From positions 114,845 to 178,844 of the forward strand of contig CAWHXT010000005.1 of the NCBI GenBank assembly GCA_963833485.1: 64,000 nt of DNA, in the 5' to 3' direction. Positions 58,834 through 64,000 of the stretch are shown piece by piece. The stretch comes from an uncultured Candidatus Micrarchaeota archaeon. GTDB taxonomy: Archaea > Micrarchaeota > Micrarchaeia > Micrarchaeales > CABMGC01. Numbering within the stretch: position 1 is the stretch's first letter; each line of letters starts with the position of its first letter. Made by a program: the position numbers and the translations under genes. The notes beneath the pieces are model-generated. The model was not told the DNA's origin and did not search any database. It worked only from the letters and a program-made list of their open reading frames with translations.

Positions 58834-61155
58834 TTAGGAGCACCTGCTGTAGCCGCAGCTGTTGCAAGAATCGCATCCGTTCTCGCTCCTCAGGGTCATC
58901 TCACCACACTTTGGACACTCGCTTACTCCAAGCTGCTTGTTTGACGTAATCGCATGGTTCTGAGCAGCCATCTGCGCTGGATTTTCCATGTTAGGATTGT
59001 TAATGACTGCCTGATGCGCTTTGTTTGTTACCATCTCAAGTGCCTTCCCAACTGCGTCTGGAACGCTTAGCAGCTGCACTCCATGATCCCAAGTGGCCGT
59101 CCTCCCTTGTATGCCTTTGAGGCTCTTTATCGCTTCCTTTACTCTTCCTCCATGCTGAAGGTAAAGGCTGAGCAACCTTCCTATCGCCTCTGTGTAGCTC
59201 TTGTCATCGCTTCCTGACTTCCCCATGGTCACGAATATCTCCTTAGGGCCGGTCTCATCGCTGTTGATCGTAGTGTAAAGAGCGCCGTTCGGCAGTCTGA
59301 AAGTCACCGTATCGCCGGTCATGACCTTCGGCCTGATCCAGCTCTCCATCTGAGCCTCGCCCTTCTTCAATTCGTTCTCCTGAGCCTTCTCATCAGTTAT
59401 CAGTATCCCTTCCCTTGAACCCTCTCTATACACTGTTATGCCCTTGCAGCCAGACTTCCAAGCTTGCATGTATATCTGTTCGACTTCTTCTGGGGTGACG
59501 TCCTCAGCAAGGTTGACTGTTGAGGAGATTGCGCTGTCTATGTGCTTCTGCACTATCCCCTGCATCTTCACCCTGAACTCTGGCTTTATCTTATGCGCAG
59601 GCACAAAGAAGTCTGGAAGATCCTCCTCCTTCGTGAGCCTGTACTGAGCCATGTACTCTGCGACCATTGGGTGGAAAACCTTGAAGTACTCTTGAGATAG
59701 AGATTCAGACCTTCTTGTGTAGCTGAATGCAAATATGGGCTCGATTCCGCTAGACGTTCCAAGAAGGGCTGAGCCGCTTCCTACAGGAGCTATCGTTAAT
59801 ATCGCAACGTTCCTCAAGCCGTTCTTGCCTATCTTCTCCTTTAACTCTTGGTTAAGAGCCTGAACGAATGGCATGCTTAGGTGCTTTGCTGCATCAAAAA
59901 GAGGGAATGAACCTTTTTCCTTTGCAAGCTCGGTGCTTTCGTCATAGGCTATGTTCTTCATCCTTTCCATCAAGCGATCAACAAATTCTAGTGCAACATC
60001 GCTATCGTACTTTATTCTCATCCTGACAAGCATGTCTCCAAGACCAGTAAAGCCCAAGCCTATCCTTCTGCTGTTCCTGCTAGCTTCTGATTGCTCTTTT
60101 AGCGGATGCTTTCCATCATTGTATGTAAGCACATCGTCAAGGAACCTGATAGAGTACCTTATCGCCTTTTCTAAGTTAACCCAATCCACGGACGCCTTTT
60201 CGGTAAAGCTGTTAGTTACGAATCTTGTTAAATTTACGTGACCCAGATCGCACGCGCCCCAGGCTTGTAGTGGCTGTTCTCCGCACGGATTTGTTGTTAT
60301 CACATTCATGTTGTTATATTCGCTTGGAGACCCTCTAACCACATTGTCCCAGAATATAAGGCCGGGCTCCGCCCAATCCCTAGCCGAATCAATTATCTCT
60401 TTCCACAGCTCCCTCGCTTTTATCTTCTTTTCTATCCTGCCGATCTTAGAGTTTTCATACCACAGCGTGAATTCTGCATCATTCTCAACAGCATGCATGA
60501 ACTCGTCAGTTATCCTGAGACTTATGTTAGCGTACCTGACGTTCCTAAGGTTCCTCTTTGATTTTATGAATTCAAGGACGTCTGGATGGTCCACTCTTAT
60601 CGTGATCATCAATGCACCTCTCCTTCCAGCTTGCCCTATGGTGTGAGTGGTCTCACTCATGACATTCATGAAAGATACTGAACCTGTTGAGAAGAGTGCA
60701 GCATTGTGCACCGGTGAGCCTCTAGGTCTAAGAACACTAATGTCGGTTCCTACGCCTCCTCCAAGGCTGTAGGTTCTTGCAGTTTCTTTACACCAGTCAA
60801 ATATCCCCTCTATGGAGTCCTCTCTGACAGGTATTACATAGCAGTTGATCAATGTAGCTCTTACTTTCTGTCCCGCCCCAAACATGATCCTTCCCCCAGG
60901 GACGAACTTGAAATCTTCCAGGAGCCAGTAGAAGTTGTTTGCCCATTCCTTCTTTTTCTCTTCAGTGAGCTCGGTGGCAGCCATGGCGTCGGAGACCCTC
61001 TTCCACATCTCAAAAGGTGTTTTCTCAACTATTTCCCCCTTTTCGTTTCTCCTTGTGTATTTTTCGTAGAAGACCCTCGCTCTCAGCTCATCACTGTTGA
61101 AGAATTCTAGAGTCTCCCTTGGAATTGTGATTTGTTTTGTTACATTGTCCTCCAT
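58834..61155 (-). CDS. nrdJ: Class II (adenosylcobalamin-dependent) ribonucleotide reductase
   Basis: INCYV, GRRGA, TNPCGEQ, TIAPVGS, KGITVYR, C-terminal domain with Zn ribbon; no small subunit nearby. Confidence 0.9.
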   Translation of the reverse strand: MEDNVTKQITIPRETLEFFNSDELRARVFYEKYTRRNEKGEIVEKTPFEMWKRVSDAMAATELTEEKKKEWANNFYWLLEDFKFVPGGRIMFGAGQKVRATLINCYVIPVREDSIEGIFDWCKETARTYSLGGGVGTDISVLRPRGSPVHNAALFSTGSVSFMNVMSETTHTIGQAGRRGALMITIRVDHPDVLEFIKSKRNLRNVRYANISLRITDEFMHAVENDAEFTLWYENSKIGRIEKKIKARELWKEIIDSARDWAEPGLIFWDNVVRGSPSEYNNMNVITTNPCGEQPLQAWGACDLGHVNLTRFVTNSFTEKASVDWVNLEKAIRYSIRFLDDVLTYNDGKHPLKEQSEASRNSRRIGLGFTGLGDMLVRMRIKYDSDVALEFVDRLMERMKNIAYDESTELAKEKGSFPLFDAAKHLSMPFVQALNQELKEKIGKNGLRNVAILTIAPVGSGSALLGTSSGIEPIFAFSYTRRSESLSQEYFKVFHPMVAEYMAQYRLTKEEDLPDFFVPAHKIKPEFRVKMQGIVQKHIDSAISSTVNLAEDVTPEEVEQIYMQAWKSGCKGITVYREGSREGILITDEKAQENELKKGEAQMESWIRPKVMTGDTVTFRLPNGALYTTINSDETGPKEIFVTMGKSGSDDKSYTEAIGRLLSLYLQHGGRVKEAIKSLKGIQGRTATWDHGVQLLSVPDAVGKALEMVTNKAHQAVINNPNMENPAQMAAQNHAITSNKQLGVSECPKCGEMTLRSENGCDSCNSCGYSRCS

Positions 61156-61174
61156 AGTGTCATCTCAAAAAATA

Positions 61175-61651
61175 TCACTTGCTCTCAAGCACCTTCTTCG
61201 CTTTCTTGTGGAACTGAGATACAGCCTTTATGAACTCTGTTGGAGAGCTGTACTGGTTGTATACGCTTGCAAACCTTACATAGGCTACAGGGTCGAGCTT
61301 GTAAAGCTCTTTTATCACCATCTCTCCTATCCTGCTCGTTTTCACCTCCCTGACCCCCTTGGCCCTTATTTTCTCCTCTATCTTTTCCCCTATTGTCTCT
61401 ATGGCCTCCCGCTTCACAGGCCTCTTCTCGCACGCCTTGGTTATCCCGTTTAATATCTTGTTCCTGTCGAACGCCTCTCTCATCCCGTCCTTCTTTATGA
61501 CCATAATCTCCGCGAGCATTATCTTCTCGTATGTCGTGAACCTCTTGTCGCAGGAATTGCAGACTCTTCTTCTTCTCACACTATTTTCTTCAGACACTCC
61601 TCTAGAGTCTATCACACTCAGATTCGTCGAAAAACAGTACGGACAACGCAT
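61175..61651 (-). CDS. nrdR: Transcriptional repressor NrdR
   Basis: MRCPYC..VIDSR..RRRRVC..C..RFTTYE, ATP cone, VAYVRFASVY. Confidence 0.96.
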   Translation of the reverse strand: MRCPYCFSTNLSVIDSRGVSEENSVRRRRVCNSCDKRFTTYEKIMLAEIMVIKKDGMREAFDRNKILNGITKACEKRPVKREAIETIGEKIEEKIRAKGVREVKTSRIGEMVIKELYKLDPVAYVRFASVYNQYSSPTEFIKAVSQFHKKAKKVLESK

Positions 61652-61656
61652 GGGAA

Positions 61657-61703
61657 CCACTACATATAGTATAGGTAGAGGCACAACACACAAGATGTTG
61701 TGT
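61657..61703. promoter_or_regulatory. Tandem NrdR boxes (61657-61672 and 61688-61703)
   Basis: ccaCTAcATaTAGtat and acaCAAgATgTTGtgt fit the acaCwAtATaTwGtgt consensus; starts 31 bp apart. Confidence 0.88.
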
Positions 61704-61876
61704 CAGAATCCAGCATAATACTTGTAATCTAGTTATTTAAATCAATCGATTTTATTTGTGGAAAAAAGAAACAAAAAGAGAATTCCGTAACTAATTTGTT
61801 TATTAAAATAAAAGAAAATACTCTCGACAAAATGATTTTTGACTTAGGCATATCTTATTCCCCCTCTGTAACTTTC

Positions 61877-62590
61877 CTACATCGAGGAGTTTATGAATTC
61901 CATTATGCGCTGCTGTCTTATCCCCGTCATAGTCTTCCAGTATGCCCGTATATAAGGCGAAAGCTCCTGTTTCTTCAGGTTTCTCTTTATCGCTTGGACT
62001 GTCTTCTTGTCTGAAGGATATCCAGATCCTAGGTCGAGTGAGAGCTTTTCACATATTCCCTCCATTTCCCAATCGCGCGTGACCTTTGCGATTATGCTTG
62101 CAGCTGAAACAATAGGATATCTGGAATCAGCCTTGTGCTCAGATATTACCTTAAGCGCATTCTTTTTCTTTGGATCCTTCTTTTGTCCGCTTACGCGCAT
62201 GTTTCTGCCTGAAAGTAGGCTTATTCTTATTCCAAAGCGCTCTGGGATCACGTCTGGGGAGTCAACAAACACCGCATCCACTCTGTTGAGTGAGTTGATC
62301 AGCTTTGAAAAGTGAATTGCCTCAAGCTCGTTGATCGATATCCCGCTCCTCATGAAGCTGTTTATCTCCTCAGGGAGTATTGCGTAGCTCTTTACCTCCT
62401 CAGCTAAAGAGTAGATTTCATCATACAAGAATTCGCGTTTTCTGCTAGTGAGTAGCTTTGAGTCTCTAACGCCGATTTTAGATAGTCTACCTATGTTGCC
62501 TTTACCTATGCTTACAACTCCAACAACAAGGGGGCCGATTACTGCGCCGCGCCCTGCCTCGTCGCAGCCAGCCACTATGATAAGAACCAC
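61877..62590 (-). CDS. rnhB: Ribonuclease HII
   Basis: GCDEAGRG, VRDSK, HKAD..YPIVSAASIIAKV, GSGYPSD. Confidence 0.96.
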   Translation of the reverse strand: MVLIIVAGCDEAGRGAVIGPLVVGVVSIGKGNIGRLSKIGVRDSKLLTSRKREFLYDEIYSLAEEVKSYAILPEEINSFMRSGISINELEAIHFSKLINSLNRVDAVFVDSPDVIPERFGIRISLLSGRNMRVSGQKKDPKKKNALKVISEHKADSRYPIVSAASIIAKVTRDWEMEGICEKLSLDLGSGYPSDKKTVQAIKRNLKKQELSPYIRAYWKTMTGIRQQRIMEFINSSM

Positions 62591-62842
62591 CTATATTGAC
62601 TTCCGGTCAATAACAATATAGTCATTCACCGCTGTGACAGCAGTGTACGTCAACTTCAGCTTTCCATCCTTCATGTCAAGCTTATTAACAAACGAACTAT
62701 CAACATTGGGTTCTACGATTAATGAAGTTATCTTACCGGTCACCTCATTTATCTCCGCGTCGACAAATTTACCTAAATCGAAGCCATCGTTTGTTACGAC
62801 TTCCTTACCAACAAGTTGCTCTGCAACTACATATTTTACCAT
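62591..62842 (-). CDS. PRC-barrel domain protein (CdpB-like)
   Basis: LVGKEVVTNDG..LGK..D..IN..TGKI..L.V. Confidence 0.85.
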   Translation of the reverse strand: MVKYVVAEQLVGKEVVTNDGFDLGKFVDAEINEVTGKITSLIVEPNVDSSFVNKLDMKDGKLKLTYTAVTAVNDYIVIDRKSI

Positions 62843-62938
62843 ATCTACACCCTACTCGATATGCATATTATTATAGTTAATATTTTATATCTATATCGTA
62901 TTATCGGGAATACCATTAATATGCCTTTTTGTGAGAAA

Positions 62939-63268
62939 ATGGCCAATAATAGCAGTTTTGGGACTATTCTTTTCAAAGATAAGCAGATACGCATAATCCT
63001 GGCGCTCGCTGACAAGAACAAGGAATGGCATCTTGCGGACCTCGCTGCCGCTGCGCAGGCCACTTATGTGCACACCAGCAAGTTCATCACGCGTTGCGAA
63101 GAGCTTGGAATAGTGAGGTTTGACAAGCATGGCAAGACCAAGAGTCTTTACCTTACTGAAAAAGGCGGAGAGATTGCACAGAACATCTCAAGCATAATGG
63201 ATAAAATAAGCGTTAAGAAGGTCGAGGCGGCTCCACCTGCGCCAAATAACGTAGCTAAACCAGCATAA
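62939..63268 (+). CDS. Winged-helix (MarR-like) DNA-binding protein
   Basis: LADLA...ATYVHTSK.I...EELGIV...GKTK...LTEKG. Confidence 0.8.
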   Translation: MANNSSFGTILFKDKQIRIILALADKNKEWHLADLAAAAQATYVHTSKFITRCEELGIVRFDKHGKTKSLYLTEKGGEIAQNISSIMDKISVKKVEAAPPAPNNVAKPA

Positions 63269-63285
63269 TTTGAATGAGACTTTAG

Positions 63286-63585
63286 TTAGACCAGCCTAAT
63301 CGTTGAAATGAGCAGCATTATAACAAAAAATACCGCTGACAGGGCTATGTAAATACGATAATTATGCTTCTTTCCATGAGCCAGATTTCGTAAAGTGTAT
63401 CTATAAAATACAGCAAATGATGCAAACAGCAAAAAGCTCAAGAGATACATTGCAATCTGAAAATGTGGATTAGAACAATAAGATGGAAATGAAATATTTG
63501 CAGCAGAAAAACAATTTAGTGTGAAGATTGCGGGCACTCCTGAGATAATTCCAGAAATCAGCCCAAACAAAATGTCTTTTAACAT
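63286..63585 (-). CDS. Small membrane protein
   Basis: Three hydrophobic segments. Confidence 0.55.
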   Translation of the reverse strand: MLKDILFGLISGIISGVPAIFTLNCFSAANISFPSYCSNPHFQIAMYLLSFLLFASFAVFYRYTLRNLAHGKKHNYRIYIALSAVFFVIMLLISTIRLV

Positions 63586-63606
63586 CTTACAAACCTCAAT
63601 TTTATT

Positions 63607-64000
63607 CTAGACTACTTCTATATCTGTTCTTTTCTTTATTGCATTTAACACATGCCCATAGTCCCTGTAGTGCGCAAATGCGGTTATAGTGAGAGTGTAA
63701 TCGCCTTTCTCAGTCCCCACATCGCTGAAGACATCTATCCTTGATTCTTTCTCCTCATTCGCAGCAAGATCACCAATTCTAATTTCTCTCTGCCTTGTCA
63801 TACCTATTTGATCAAAGCTGAGCTTGTTTGGCAACTCAACCACTAACGAGCTCATAAGCGTTTCCTTAGTGAGATTCTTGAGCCTTATGCTCAACATTGA
63901 GGAACTCCTTCTATTGGCATAAAGCTTGTAGGGAACAAACTCTGTGAGTATCCTGTAAGGGGTCTCCTTCTGTATTTCATTCGCGACATTTTTCTTTCCA
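63607..64000 (-). CDS. Hypothetical beta-sandwich-like protein (5' partial)
   Basis: Frame stays open to the window edge upstream of 63897. Confidence 0.55.
   Translation of the reverse strand, partial: GKKNVANEIQKETPYRILTEFVPYKLYANRRSSSMLSIRLKNLTKETLMSSLVVELPNKLSFDQIGMTRQREIRIGDLAANEEKESRIDVFSDVGTEKGDYTLTITAFAHYRDYGHVLNAIKKRTDIEVV

Noticed and set aside
5089-61155. Inteins in RNA polymerase subunits, MCM, RFC, PolB or NrdJ
   Set aside because: Lengths are normal and no intein or homing endonuclease motifs were seen
61652-61693. N-terminal extension of NrdR in the ORF track
   Set aside because: This is the operator region; the family starts at MRCPYC
36-63130. Numerous 60-170 aa antisense and alternate-frame ORFs
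   Set aside because: Shadows of well-supported genes, with Ser/Phe/Leu-rich composition typical of antisense to purine-rich coding strands

Overview
Archaeal chromosome segment. Split RNA polymerase genes, short divergent housekeeping genes, class III signal peptide/LamG proteins and non-canonical tRNA introns suggest DPANN, probably Micrarchaeota-like (inference). Most of it is core information-processing genes: SRP54, rpoH-B''-B'-A'-A'', Lsm, grpE-dnaK-dnaJ, MCM, several aminoacyl-tRNA synthetases, the rpoD-L18e-L13-S9-rpoN-S2 cluster, FEN1, RFC-L, PolB, RNase HII and NrdJ/NrdR. AT-richer accessory genes sit next to tRNAs. Reading the sequence directly gave five tRNAs (four with introns), one box C/D sRNA and two tiny basic ORFs missing from the ORF track. 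Top observations: (1) the 38-nt tRNA-Ser(UGA) intron looks like a minimal single-K-loop C/D guide aimed at its own wobble U34; (2) a KaiC-like ATPase fused to a 2-Cys peroxiredoxin; (3) two A34-anticodon tRNAs, Leu-AAG and Pro-AGG, which are unexpected in archaea; (4) a C/D sRNA predicted to methylate 16S C1402; (5) tandem bacterial-type NrdR boxes under an archaeal TATA promoter. The 22.5-28.8 kb stretch has many indels in essential genes, probably assembly errors, which lowers confidence in single-base claims there. No database searches were run; family calls rest on recognised motifs.
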